Of a stretch of DNA of 64,000 nt, positions 44,208 through 57,456 are shown piece by piece. Position 1 is the first letter of the stretch. The number at the start of each line of letters is the position of its first letter. Source of the DNA: Macrostomum lignano (Eukaryota). The stretch is taken from the NCBI GenBank assembly GCA_002269645.1, contig NIVC01000001.1:744001-808000 (forward strand). Reading direction: 5' to 3'. The notes beneath the pieces were generated by a model that searched no databases, had not been told where the DNA came from, and worked only from the letters and a program-made list of their open reading frames with translations. The position numbers were made by a program, and so were the translations under genes.

Positions 44208-47200
44208 TCACTGGCCACCTCCGGCTGGACGGTGCAGTTCAACAGCGGCTCGCTGCGCCAGCACCACCAGTACTTCGTTCTCCCACACGTACCGGCCGGG
44301 TTCGGGCTGCTTGGTGTGCCGGCTGTAAGCGGCCATGAAGTCGGTCATCAGGCAGTCGCGCTCAGACTCGGCCAGCTGCCAGGTGAACGGCACCAGCCAG
44401 GTGAGATGGCCGCGGCACTCCGCCTCGCTCTCCGTGGTGTAGGTGAAAGCCATGCGCTGGCAGAGGCTGACGGAGAAACCGGCGGATGTCAGGATGTCGG
44501 CGAAGGCGGCCGCAGGATCCGGGGCGCAGCGCCAGTCGGCGATGTTTGGATCCTGCCAGCGGGTGGAGTGCGCGAACTCCTGCGGGGATAAATGGGGACA
44601 GGGCAAGTATTATGGCTGGTGGATCTGGGCTGGGCATCTGTGGGTTTTGCATATTAAAGTGGAGCAAAAAATACACCTGGCTGAACGACTGGGAGGCAGA
44701 CAATGATGACCCCTGAGGAACTGGGAGACAGACAAGGACACCTGAAGGACTGGCCGGAGACAGACAATGACCCCTGAGGGACTGTGAGACAGACAAGGAC
44801 ACCTGGAGGACTGGGAGACAGACAAGAACACCTGAAGGACTGGGAGACAGACAATAACACCTGAAGAAGGACTGGCCGGAGACAGACAATGATCCCTGAG
44901 GAACTGTGAGACAGACAAGGACATCTGGGGGACTGGGAGACAGCAATGACACCTGTCTCCATCTGAAGGACATCTGAAAGACATCTGAAGGACATCTGAA
45001 AGACATCTGAAGGACTGGGAGACAGACAAAAATTGGGGAGTTGTAAAACAGAGTCACGGGAAAAGATGAAGAAGAACTGAATAGGTCCGACAAGAAGGTG
45101 AATGGGGGATTAACCAATAAATATTAGGTAAAAAGGCGAAATCCCTTCCATTAAACCTAACGGAAGCCTGAAATTCAGCTAAAGTGCGTCGACTTCTTTG
45201 AACCGAATTCCGTAAATTGCGCTACACAGGAATTCAGTAATTTACTGCATGTTTTAGCTAGAATAATTTGCTAGGAGAAAATATATTACTCATAGCTACT
45301 GTTATACCTAAATAAGAAGTATTAATTAAAAGTAGTTTTCAAGACACACGAAGGATTAATAATGAATTTAAAGAACTAAGATTCCATTAATAGCCTTATT
45401 AAGTTAAGATTCAACATTTGTTAATTAACTTTTTTCAGGTTTCTTAGAAGCGATAGCTGTCTCTAAGAAGCAATAGGACTGACTCTACGAGAGAGTTGAT
45501 TCCTAGAAAACCAAGAGAAACTAAGACTGGCACAAAAGCACGCGAGACGCCACATCCAAACATCACACGCGAGGAACAATGGCTTACCATGGGAAGACAG
45601 GTCCTTATAAGGCTAGACTAAATATAATAAATAGAATCATTCCTGTCCTTCCTTAGCTTTGGGCCTTGCAAATCATCTATAAACAAGCCCGCAGTCTGAA
45701 TTTGAAGCTTGTACACTTGAAGGTCAAGGACAAAATGTACTTTTTTACACATTTGCACACACGTGTAATGCAACATTCATAATGTACAAATGAACCATGT
45801 CAGACTAATGTAGTGTTAAAGTTACATTTAATTTTCATGAGCAAAAGCAGAAGTTAGAATTTTTAAGATACAACTCAAGACAAGACTTACTTTGATAATA
45901 GGGCCCCATTTTTCTGTTGTTGCTAAATCCTTCATAGTGGCTTGAAAATTTGGCCCAGGTTTAATGCCAATCACATGAAACATAAAAGTCTTGCTTGGCT
46001 TCATCAAACACTTTAAACTCTCTAAACAGTTGGTCAAGTTCTTGATCCAATGCAATGTTAGAAAGCTAGTGATTATGTCATAGTCCATTGATGGCACATG
46101 TTCATGCCAGTGAAGTTGATTGAGATCAACCGAGAGCAACTCAAGCTGTGGTTGGTCTGGTGCATTTTCCTTTGATTTCTGTTCATGCTCAGTTGCAAAC
46201 TTCAGAAAGTTTGGGTTCTGTAAAAGGTCAAAGATTGATTAGGTCTAAAATATGCCAGAAAGACAAATTAATGAACACCATAGGCCAGTGGGCCACTAGG
46301 CCTAATCTTTTAGAAATAGCCCTTGATAAAAACAAGTTTATATTTAGTCATTTAGAACTCACAAATAGGGCTTATAATAGGCAATAGGCCTAAATTTTAA
46401 TCTAGGTCTACAAGCTATGCTTCACTTGAAAGTTTTCAAGGCATATCTAATAATAATTAGTAAAATGTTTATATTAACATTCAATAAGTATTATGATTAG
46501 GCCTACTAAGTAAATGAACCTCGATAAATATTGTTAAATTAGACATGGCAAAAAATTATCTCTTTATTAATAAAATATTAAGGCTTATTTATATAGGGGC
46601 CTACTTATTTATATTTACTTAGCCTATATATGCAACTATGTAACAGGACTGCAATAGACTTTTTTCTCTATAATGCTTTTTGGATATATAGTACAGGTTA
46701 AACCTTGGCTATAATAAAGCTTTAGACTTAGACAATTATAAAATACTAAGACAAACCTCAGACTAGCTTAGAGATTTAATATATTATGACTATAGGCAGT
46801 GTTGGGTACCAGTCTATTAATAAGCATTATTCCATTAATAAGCATTAATAAGCATAAAGATTTTTCAGTAACATTAATGGACTGCCATTAAGATTTTTTT
46901 GAACTAATAGATTAATGAATTTGCATTAATAATTTTGTAAGTTAACAACAAATTCATTGTTAATGTTAATGACAATGTCAATGACCAAAGATGCAAAGAA
47001 AGAACAAAATATAAGTCTGAAGAGAAGTTACAACATTATGAATGTATTTAAATTTACCTAAATGCTTAATTAATCTCTTTGTTTATGACAATGATCATGC
47101 AAATATAATAACTTCTTACTAATTAACCTCAATAATAAATTAAAATTGTGAACTTTATTGGCTGCGCGTGAGCATCAATTGCTTTGATTTATTTCTTCCC

Positions 47201-50104
47201 AAATATTTTGTAAGTCTCTGCTGCACCTGCTAATGCTACTAAAACAACCTCCCTATTTGTATTTTATTATAAACTAATTATAACTAGCTTTCAATTATTA
47301 ACTAATTATTTCAAGTTTCAAAAAATAAGTTACTTCTTTTATCATATGCTTACTTTTAGTAGTATTATACATACAAGTTTAAAAAAATTACTTTTTTAGC
47401 TTGTGAATCACTTAGATGCCCTTTGTGTTTTGCTAAAAAGATGGAAAAGCAAAGACAGTGCATATTATAAAGTCTGCTTTGGAAAAAAAGTTCAAGATTT
47501 CTATTTTTGTGTGTTAAATTTAATAGATTAATGCTTATTAATGATTATCAGTTAACTTTTAATTAACTTAACAAAATTAAGAATTAATAAATTAGGATTT
47601 TTTTGTTTTAATGCCAACGTTTTTGCTATTAATGGAAGTTAAGATTTTCATTATTGGTGCCCAACATTGACTATAAGGTACTTTTAACAGCTTGTACAAG
47701 TCCAAGAAGGTTTTGCATTTTACTTTTGCATTTTATCAATATTTTCCTATTATGCCAAGTTGCCTAGATTCCAGCTAGACTATCAGTTTATCTATAATTT
47801 AAAACAATTCAAGATAGGTGTACAAAATAATAAGATCTATAAAAAATCAAAATAGGCCAAAGGTTTTAAGATACTAATTAATTATTTCTACCGACACGTT
47901 TCGGACCAACAAAAAATCCGAATCTTATATAGGACTTTAATATTTTAATTTATTTAATAAATTTTGTTGGTCCGAAACGTGTTGGTAGAAAGAATTAATT
48001 ATAATCTATGTTGATTTTAACTTTTGTATTTCTCTGCTTGCTAAAGCATGCTACCTTATCTCAATTTTAAGATACTGACACTAATATTATAGACTGCCAT
48101 TTTAATTTAGCCTCTAATTAGATTGATTATACCTAAGTGTAGACCCAGAAAAATTTTGAAAAGGAGAAAAATATATTAAGCACTAGGCCTACAACCCAAT
48201 ATTAGAAAATAGATCTGATATAATTACAGGCCAAAAAAGTATAGCCTACATTTTTTGGCCACAACAAAGCAAGAAGCATGGTCCCCTTGCCTCCCTCTAG
48301 ATCTGCCTTTGATTATACCAGCCTTATCCTAATAGCCAAATGTAACTATTAACTAACATATCAGCTGCCACTATTGCATGTTATATCTAAAAGCTACATA
48401 TGGCTATTCAGTCTAGGGACTAAAGGGTTGCCATATACCTTTAATTACCCTAGCTAATACTATCATTAATAAAAAAATTTTAGCTAGATAAATTAAAGCA
48501 ATGTAAAATTGTGTTTTACTCAAGGTTATAAGTTATTATAGTAAGATTAGAAGTCAAATGCTCAAAAGGGAAGAGGCCTACAATCTTAGGATCCTAGGAT
48601 CCTGAAATCTTAAGATTAGGCCCAAATTTTGGGATTCTAGATTTTGATTAGGCCTATACCTGAATCCTGGGATAAAATCCCTAATCTCTAACCTTTAAGT
48701 CATATGTCTAATACTCTAACCACTAGGCTCTAACCTAGTGACTAAGCCCTAAATATAGATAATAACTAAATTAGGCCTTAATTATAGAAAAAATGATTAA
48801 TGATATATAATAAAAGCACTTATAGTGATAATAGTGGCATAGGTAAGGGGCAAAATGAGTTGCTATCCCTTTAGGTGACCACCTTCCTATCCCCTTAGGT
48901 AAAATCCTCTATAATAAAAAGTGACCATTGTCCCATCTTTTTATGAGGTGATCTACTATAATTTTTTTGTATATGAGCTTATTTTATATACATTCTTTAT
49001 AAGATTTTAGCATAATGTGCTGCTCTAATTCTAAAAATTTGCAAGGAAAAAGAGGTGACTACCCAACAGTCACACCTTCTTCATTGAAAGTAGGGAATAC
49101 AAAATCCCAAGTTTTGCCAATCCTAGGATTCCTAGGATTGGGATATCCCAGACTTTGTTTATCTTAGAATCCTAACAAATTGGGCCAAGATTCTAGGATC
49201 CTAAAATCAAAAAGGTTTCTAATATTTGTTGGTGAAATTTTGGTTTATAAAGCCATATAGGCCTAATCTGATTTTAAAGGGCTTTCAATGATAAAAGTAC
49301 AATAGAATAAAATATTTTGCAAACAAGAAATTGATAGTGAGCTCTAAATTGGAATGTGACATATAGGCTAGCCTATGCTTTTTTATATCCTGGTATCAGC
49401 TCAAGAAAATCACATTTGATTGCGACATACCTAGAGAATGATAGTTTATAGAACTATGGCCTGAGGTATTAATACTAGGAATTAGAAGGGGATCAGACCT
49501 CATTCTCCTAGGACCTAGGGGCACTTACCCTAGTTAGAGAATTGGTAGGCCTAGCTTTGGTTGTAGTCTAGAAGATTCAAAATCCTGGGATATAGGCCTA
49601 ATCCTAGGATTTTAAGATCTTTGGTTGGATTATATTCCTTAATTGGAAATGCTAAAACTGCTATTGACTATTGTATAATGGTCTATTACAATGAAACTGT
49701 TATTTGTATTTTGTAGCCTATAAATATTAGTAGGCCCTAGGGGCCTAGGCTTTTTTCTATTGCTTGAAGATAAGAATGAGCTAGTGCAAGGTCTAATAAA
49801 ATATGGCCCCTAGGAATTTTTTGCAATCAAATGAATAATGCTACATTATATTATTACAACTTACCCAATCAATAGCAGTAATCAAAGTGGCTCCAATCTT
49901 TTCTCCAAACCATTTGGTATTTTCGCAAGTTCCACAACCAAGATCAAGCATTTTATAATTGGGTTCAATCAAACTTGTTGAACTTTTTTCTTGTGGAAGT
50001 TTAGCACTTTGAAAATATTTATTTGTAGCATCATGGATAATTTCTTTGACTAATCGATGGTTTTTAGAATATGTTACAGCATCCAAAAAAGCTTTGCTAT
50101 CCAT
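44208..50104 (-). CDS. Class I SAM-dependent methyltransferase, JHAMT (juvenile hormone acid O-methyltransferase)-like, ~312 aa, 3 exons
   Basis: Exons 50104-49865 (240 nt), 46217-45891 (327 nt), 44579-44208 (372 nt), all phase 0 and GT-AG. Motif I MLDLGCGT, acidic ITAID, and DIITSFLTLHWI typical of JHAMT-like enzymes. Confidence 0.85.
44690..45030. repeat. Degenerate ~40-bp repeat plus a short catctgaagga repeat, methyltransferase intron 2
   Basis: Recurring gactgggagacagacaa...cacctgaag units. Confidence 0.85.
46797..47669. mobile_element. Degenerate hAT-type MITE in methyltransferase intron 1
   Basis: TIRs CAGTGTTGGGTACC / GGTGCCCAACATTG; 8-bp flanks actatagg / actataag. Confidence 0.7.
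47875..48001. mobile_element. ~127-bp hairpin element with ~40-bp inverted arms
   Basis: ttctaccgacacgtttcggaccaacaaaa ... ttttgttggtccgaaacgtgttggtagaa. Confidence 0.65.
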
Positions 50105-51814
50105 TTTAGATATTTATATCTATTACAAGACTATTGTATTGACTAGCCTCGGCTTGTTAGTTGTTATAGGCTATAGCTACTAAGTGCAAATCAAAATAAT
50201 TAATATTGGTCTTATTTATTTGTCTAATAGTATAGGTCACTAATTCTCAAATAGTAGGACTAGGCCTATCATTATCAAGTAGCTAAAATCTTCAAAAAAC
50301 AATATGGGTACTATAAGTTTTTTATTAGGCCTAGTTAGTTAGTATATCCAAGTTAGCAAAAGCTGATTTTAGCTAGCCTTGAAATAGCGCCTTATGTATA
50401 ATAGCTTTTATAGTTTTAACCTTGGTCTAGCTAGCAATGATCTTATTGGCTAAGCCTCATTCAACCTATTTATTGCTTATAAACCAGATTATATTAACCA
50501 ATGAATATAATATACTTCGTTTTATATACCAACTATTAAAAGAAACGGTCGATACAGTAAATATCTTATGTTATAAATTATAGGCCTAATTTAATTTTAA
50601 TAGACCAAGCTTGAATTAAGCTAATTGCCTACGCCTAATGGCAATAGGCTTAAGGCTAAGTAGTAGCCTACAGCTATACCCTGTATATATTGTTTATAAC
50701 CATGTATATGCATAATAAAATTAGCTTGCTATCATACGGACTACGGAGCCATATATCTTTTACTTGGTCTTGGGTTCTTTAGACTTTAGACATTATAAGG
50801 CCAATATGCAGGCAGCATAGGTAGGCCTCGAGAGTCGAGACTGACTGAGAGTGGAGAGAGACCTAGATAATCGAAATAGTACATATCTTTTATCTTTGCT
50901 TTGGTTGTTAGGCCTATGACAGTGACAATAACCTAATGCTGGTAGCTTACATTTTAGTTGCCTTAGTACTAATAGTATTATCCAACTGTCTAATAAGACC
51001 TTGCTGTTCAAAAGGCCAATATAGATATTTTGCTACCAAATAGCTAACCGAGTGACCGACTTTCTTCTTTACAAAACAAGAACCCATCTTGCGCGAGCGC
51101 GACTCCAGCATTCTCCCTAGGCCTAAGGGTACATGACTTGACCGAATTTTCTGATTTGGGGCCAACAAGACAGAGGGCAATAAAACTCTGACTCTGGGTC
51201 TCGTGCGCGAACCGTCGGACTGGGGAGGGGAGGCTTCGCAGGACAAAGTGGCGTGATTACTAAGTTGGTTCGCCCGCGTGCACGAGAATTTGTGTACAAG
51301 AGGGGGGAGGGTAAAAAATAAGAATGAGTGTGTGTTTGCCTCAAAGTTCAGCCAGTACAATTTATGTTTGCTCTGTCTTGTACGAGTTGAAGTTGTATCC
51401 ATGATGTGGCAAAAGTCCCTGACTCCCTCTCCATCTACAACTCCACGTATTGAGCCGAATGGTTCGTTCCACGACCACAATATTTGACTGCTACGCTCTC
51501 CAAACCCTCTCCAAAGCTTCGGATATTGAAGAGTATTGTTGATAGTAAAAAATTTCGAATGATTCATTAGAATGCCATGTCAGTCACAGCCTCTGCTCTG
51601 CTTCCTTAGCTTTAATTTCAAATTGACAAAATCCTAAGTTTGGACGCAAACTTAAATATTTTTCGCATTTCCGGTAGCTTATTATAGTAAACCAAAGATT
51701 GCCTGCCTCATTCTTGCTACTTTCGTACTTACTGTTGTAGATACAGAGACAGAGTCAAGTCAAGGCAATATAACTGTACCTTTACGTTGACTAATTTTTG
51801 AATTGCAATGTGAG

Positions 51815-52156
51815 CAGTGGCGCAACCAGAAATCAGGGGGCAGGGGTAAATTCCTGGGAGTCAAGAGAGCCGTAAGGGGTCGGACCTTTATTCCAGCCTT
51901 CCCATCGGGATTCGCATCGCTAACTGAATAACAAAGCCCTCAATATAATGACGTATAGCCCAGAAATAACCTCTAGTATCGATGTATCATAGGACACAAC
52001 ACAAGGGGTCTTTGAAGTTTCAATTAAAGGACCGGAGGGAGTTTGCCGACTCCTAAAAGTATACAGCTTACATGTATGTAGGGTAGAGGCCTCGGGCTTG
52101 ATTAAAATTTCAGTTGCAATCTGGATCAACCTAGACTTATTCTGTTTGCGCCACTC
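51815..52156. mobile_element. Probable hAT-type MITE (CAGTGGCGCAAC termini)
   Basis: cagtggcgcaaccag ... ctgtttgcgccactc; TSD not evident. Confidence 0.45.
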
Positions 52157-52904
52157 TCGTTGATTCTTTTAGGTTTAGGTAGGTTTTTAAGAATATCCTA
52201 ATTGTTATTTTCGCTGATATCGACTGCAAATTGTTGCGTTCGTCCAACATTAGCAGAAATTCGATTAATAGCTTTTTAATGTAGATGAACTAGCTAATGA
52301 ACTAGCTATGAACAGTATCTAATATGCATTCTAGCATATAGCATGTACTCCTAAATCCAAGTTTGTGTGTCTGCACAGTTTATTTATGATATGTACCGGT
52401 ACATGCAAAATTATTCTAAGTTGAGGTAAGTATTCGTTTTTCTACTACATGTAGGTATAAGGTTGATGTGGCTTAACGCGTATAATATGTACATGATGTA
52501 AAGACTACGAGCAGAAGCAAGATATTAATTTCACCCCACCCCCAATCCCATACTTTGCAAACGTGCTGCAAGTGGCTTTATGAAGCCGCCCTTCGGTTCT
52601 CGAAGCGTGAACTCAGGGTCAGGGCCCGGCTCCGAGGGGACTGAAAAGACGCATGGTCACTTTGATGTCCGCTGCCTAAGCCTTCATCACCTAAGCCGAA
52701 CTCATCATCAATCGATGAAGCGTGCCAACCCGAGAACATCTCACAGCTCGTCAGTTTCTCAGCTCCTCATCCTGCGCCGGCAGCAGCGGCGACTTTAACT
52801 GGCAGGCTACACGTGACGCCGGAAATTTCCGGGATCCCTATAGCCAAGTCTTTTGACTCCTTTGTGATCCCTAGCAACGAGCTACATGTACATATAGGCC
52901 TTTG

Positions 52905-53230
52905 AAATTGTCTATTGTCACCGCGCCGGCCTGGTCCCTCCAAGCGACCTGTTGCGCCGTCGGCAACTCCAGCTGGAAGGCCACATCATCCGCGCCGAGT
53001 CGTACTGCCCAGGGCCGGTGCAGGAGGTGCTGCTGCTGACGCTGCAGGCACCCTACCCGCGTTGCGCGCAGGCGCGCACTCGGCGTTTCGTCGACTGCCT
53101 GCTGGCTGACGCCGCGGCGCCCCGGATTCGGCCGGCGGCGCCCCGGATTCGGCCGGCGGCGTGGCGTTCATTCGCGACCTGGACTTGAGGCGCGCCCTGT
53201 GACGCTAACTGCGTATTTTGTTGTTGTCTA
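52905..53230 (+). mobile_element. 5'-truncated non-LTR retrotransposon 3' fragment (RTE-like ORF2 C-terminus)
   Basis: Translates ...HRAGLVPPSDLLRRRQLQLEGHIIR...P...VLL...R..D.L..D...W, the usual C-terminal pattern of RTE-group ORF2; a short TTG-repeat tail follows near 53219. Confidence 0.6.
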
Positions 53231-53686
53231 ATGTATACCGGACTAAAACTTAAACCTTCAGGACGTTGCACTATTGCTGGCGCGCACTTCATTGATAAAA
53301 AATTTGCTGCTATAATTTTATAAGCAAATTAAATTGCAGTTTTGATTGTGTGCCATCAACGTGTGTACTATGTACTATCATTTATTGCCTTAATGCTGCT
53401 TCTGTTTGCCCTTCTAATAGCTACATGTATCTAGGGGTTCCATTGTGCTCTTCTGCCTCGCCCTTCATTGCGCCTGGGCATTTCATAATTTCCTACCTAT
53501 CTTCTGGCTTAGGGTCAAAACTTCAGATTTCTAACTCTTATATGTAGCGCTTTATTATTGTCCCATAGCACTAAGAATTAGGGGTGCTCAGGATGGCCGT
53601 TTTCTCGGGGTTCGCGGTTTACGGCGAAACTCAAATACCATTCTTAACCTTATCCCAGTGCGGTATATTACACGTACACCTGCATT

Positions 53687-54946
53687 CATGGGCGTCGCCA
53701 TGGATTTTTTGGTGGGGGGACAAAGCGAAGAATTCAACATGTACGTGTAATGACCAAATTCCTACATTTCCATTATTTTAAGAATCGTGTTGTCAGCGCC
53801 ACAGGCACTCATTTTGGCGCTGTAGGTATTCCTCTTAGCGCCTAGGCACTCATTTTGGCGCTGAAAGCATTCTTTTTAGCGCCGTAGACACTCATTTTGG
53901 CGCCGCGGGCACTCATTTTGGCGCCGCGAGCACTCATTTTAGCGCCGTAGACACTCATTTTAGCGCCATAGATACTCATTTTAGCGCCATAGACACTCAT
54001 TTTAGCGCCATAGACACTCATTTTAGCGCCATAGACACTCATTTTAGCGCCATAGACACTCATTTTGGCCCCGCAGGCACTCATTTTGGCGCCGCAGGCA
54101 CTCATTTTGGCGCCGCAGGCACTCATTTTGGCCCCGCAGGCACTCATTTTAGCGCCGCAGGCACTCATTTTAGCGCCGCAGGCACTCATTTTGGCGCCGC
54201 AGGCACTCATTTTGGCGCCGCAGGCACTCATTTTAGCGCCGCAGGCACTCATTTTGGCGCCGCAGGCACTCGTTTTGGCGCCGCAGGCACTCGTTTTGGC
54301 GCCGCAGGCACTCATTTTGGCGCCGCAGGCACTCATTTTAGCGCCGCAGGCACTCATTTTAGCGCCGCAGGCACTCATTTTGGCGCCGCAGGCACTCATT
54401 TTGGCGCCGCAGGCACTCATTTTAGCGCCGCAGGCACTCATTTTGGCGCCGCAGGCACTCGTTTTGGCGCCGCAGGCACTCATTTTGGCGCCGCAGGCAC
54501 TCATTTTGGCGCCGCAGGCACTCATTTTGGCGCCGCAGGCACTCATTTTGGCGCCGCAGGCACTCATTTTGGCGCCGCAGGCACTCATTTTGGCGCCGCA
54601 GGCACTCATTTTGGCGCCGCAGGCACTCATTTTGGCGCCGCAGGCACTCATTTTAGCGCCGCAGGCACTCATTTTGGCGCCGAAGGCACTCATTTTGGCG
54701 CCGAAGGCACTCATTTTAGCGCCGAAGGCACTCATTTTAGCGCCGAAGGCACTCATTTTGGCGCCACAGGCACTCATTTTGGCGCCAAAGGCGCTATATT
54801 TTGTCGCCCTGAGAAAAAATTTTGATTGCCACAACGACTCACAAGGTGGGGTGGGGGTGACAAAGTATTCACAAGTCCCCCCCCCCAAGGCTTTTACTGG
54901 GGGGGGGCATGTCCCCCCTGTCCCCCCCCCGTTGGCGACGCGCCTG
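53687..54946. mobile_element. hAT-type MITE expanded by ~45 copies of a 21-bp repeat (ggcgccgcaggcactcatttt)
   Basis: TIRs CATGGGCGTCGCCA / TGGCGACGCGCCTG (12/14); 8-bp flanks cctgcatt / catgcatt; the array spans ~53820-54790. Confidence 0.75.
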
Positions 54947-57456
54947 CATGCATTGTATATTAAACGCGCGACTATACTTACACTACCAATAGACAGAGCT
55001 TTTAATGACATTTTGGCACCCTGTCAAATTTAGTAAAGAAACCACCACTGCATATGTTAAGCTTGCAAAGTTATTTTTCTTCTGTCAGAACTGTCCATTT
55101 CTTTTTCGCCCTGGAGCACACTCGAAAACTAGTTTGAGATCTGGGCCGCGTTCTCTGTCTACTCTTCAACCCGCAAATGACAAATAAGTTTGCCACTGCG
55201 AGTTCGCTGTGCTCGCTGTGTGCAGAAATTTTTCGACTGCATATCTTCGAACCTGCGGCACCTTTTAATTGTGTGCATACTTGTGCTATATTTAGATATT
55301 TCTCTTCTTATGATGACGCATTATAATATAACAAAAATTATTTATAGGTCAATAATTGCCCACTTAAAACTTGAATCTTAGCGCTTGCCATGAGTTATGT
55401 TTATACGTCTTTTTGACAAAAAATTTTGTCTTAAGCCAAAAGTTTTTCTACCGATTGGCATTCAGATATACAAACAAAATGCAATAAAAAATCATACTTT
55501 AAATGTTGTCATCCGTTAATTTGCATAAAATTATATTTATTGTGCTTGTAATTTATTCTGAAGCGCTTTAACAGCTTGCTTCTCAGCAGAAAAAGAGATG
55601 AATTAATCTACTGCTTTAATTATTTTGCTGGGTACTTCTACTTTGCTTGCGAGCCTGTTAAAAACACTCGAAATGATGAGACTCGAAATTAACTCAAGCA
55701 AGAGTTCAAACTGCACGTCTTTACTGCTCATGCAGAACTTTTGGAACTCTCGTTCGTTAAATTGCGCGCTAAGTTAATTTAAAGCAAAATCGTGTGCTTT
55801 CTTGTTCTTTAGCTTCTACTCAAAGTAGTAGAAGCAGGGGCGGGCCACTATAAGTATAGTTGTATACTAGCAATCTACGCCCCCCGTTGGGGAGCCAAAG
55901 AAATGCAATACACGTTTTTTTAATAAGCTACATGTATCCTTGAAATCTTAAAAAATCTCCTATCAAACCTTGTAAGCCTTGACATGTCAGTAATTCCCCC
56001 CCCCACAAGCTTTAACATATCAACTTCCCCCCTTGACATCTCAGCCATGCCCCCAATAAGCCTTGGAAATCTAAAAATATCTGTCAACCTTCTAACCCTA
56101 ACCCTAGCCTAACCCCAACCCTAACCCTAACCCTAACCTAACCCTAAAGCATTGAAATTTCAGTAATTCTCTCTAAGAGTCATTATAGCACTACTACAGC
56201 ATTATAGCGATTCCCTGCAAGCCTCGACATCGTAGGGATTCCCAAATGAATATATTAACTTCGACATGACTCTTCTTTTATGTATACTTAGTGCTACTTT
56301 TATTTTTACATGACTCTTCTTCTATCAGCGCCTCCCGTGGCGAGCCAACAAAGAATGCAATAAAAAAATTGAGTAAAGTACATGAACTTTGAATTAGCTT
56401 CTGACTTTTGCTTTGACATCTCAGAAACCCCCCCCCCCGTAATCTCAGTTATTCTCTGAGAGCCTTGACGTCTCAGTTTTTCTCCCCAGCACAGCATTAT
56501 AGCTGCATTTAATTTTTCCATGACACCTTTCATGTCTGACATGACGCTTCTTTTATTCTACTATGATGCTTCTTAATTTTATAAATGACACTTTCATTAG
56601 TTTTTAAATGACGCTTCTATAATTTTTTCATGACGCTTCTATGATTTTTTCATGACGCTTCTATGATTTTAACATGACGCTTCTATGATTTTTTCATGAC
56701 GCTTCTATGATTTTTTCATGACGCTTCTATGATTTTTTACATGACGCTTGTATGATTGTTTACATGACGCTTCTATGATTTTTTCATGACGCTTCTATGA
56801 TTTTTTACATGACGCTTGTATGATTGTTTACATGACGCTTCTATGATTTTTAAAATGACGCTTCTATGATTTTTTAAATGACGCTTCTATGATTGTTTAC
56901 ATGACGCTTTTATGATTTTTACATGACGCTTCTATGATTTTTTACATGACGCTTCTATGATTGTTTACATGACGCTTCTATGATTGTTTACATGACGCTT
57001 CTATGATTTTTTAAATGACGTTTTTTGATTTTTCTATGACGTCTCTATGATTTTTTAAATGACGCTTCTATGATTTTTATATTACGCTCTTACGATTTTT
57101 TACATGACGCTTCCATGATTGTTTACACGATGCTTCTATGATTTTTTAAGTGACGCTTCTATGATTTTTATATGACGCTTCTACGATTTTTTACATGACT
57201 CTTTTATGATTTTTACATGACGCTTTAATGATTTTTTCATGACGCTTCTACGATTTTTTACATGAAGCTTCTATGATTGTTTGCATGACGCTTCTATGAT
57301 TTTTTACATGACGCTTCTATGATTTTTTACATGACGCTTCTATAACTTACTTACTTGACTTAGCTGCAGGGTGGTCCGTAGACACAGCGGGGAGGCGAGG
57401 GTCGCCCATTCCGCTAGCCCCTGAAGGCCCGCAGACAGGCAGAGGCGTGGGGCCGG

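Noticed and set aside
50947-51567. 206-aa ORF, and a possible MGSCFVKKK myristoylation exon for the methyltransferase
   Set aside because: Splicing to the nearest acceptor before 50104 gives an immediate in-frame TAA; more likely 5' UTR or promoter sequence.
52560-52800. GC-rich segment with a ~53-codon - strand ORF
   Set aside because: No splice context, homology or motif that I can support.
53842-55033. 389-aa (ACGAKMS)n and 322-aa (APQALIL)n ORFs
   Set aside because: Translations of the 21-bp array inside a MITE; open on both strands.
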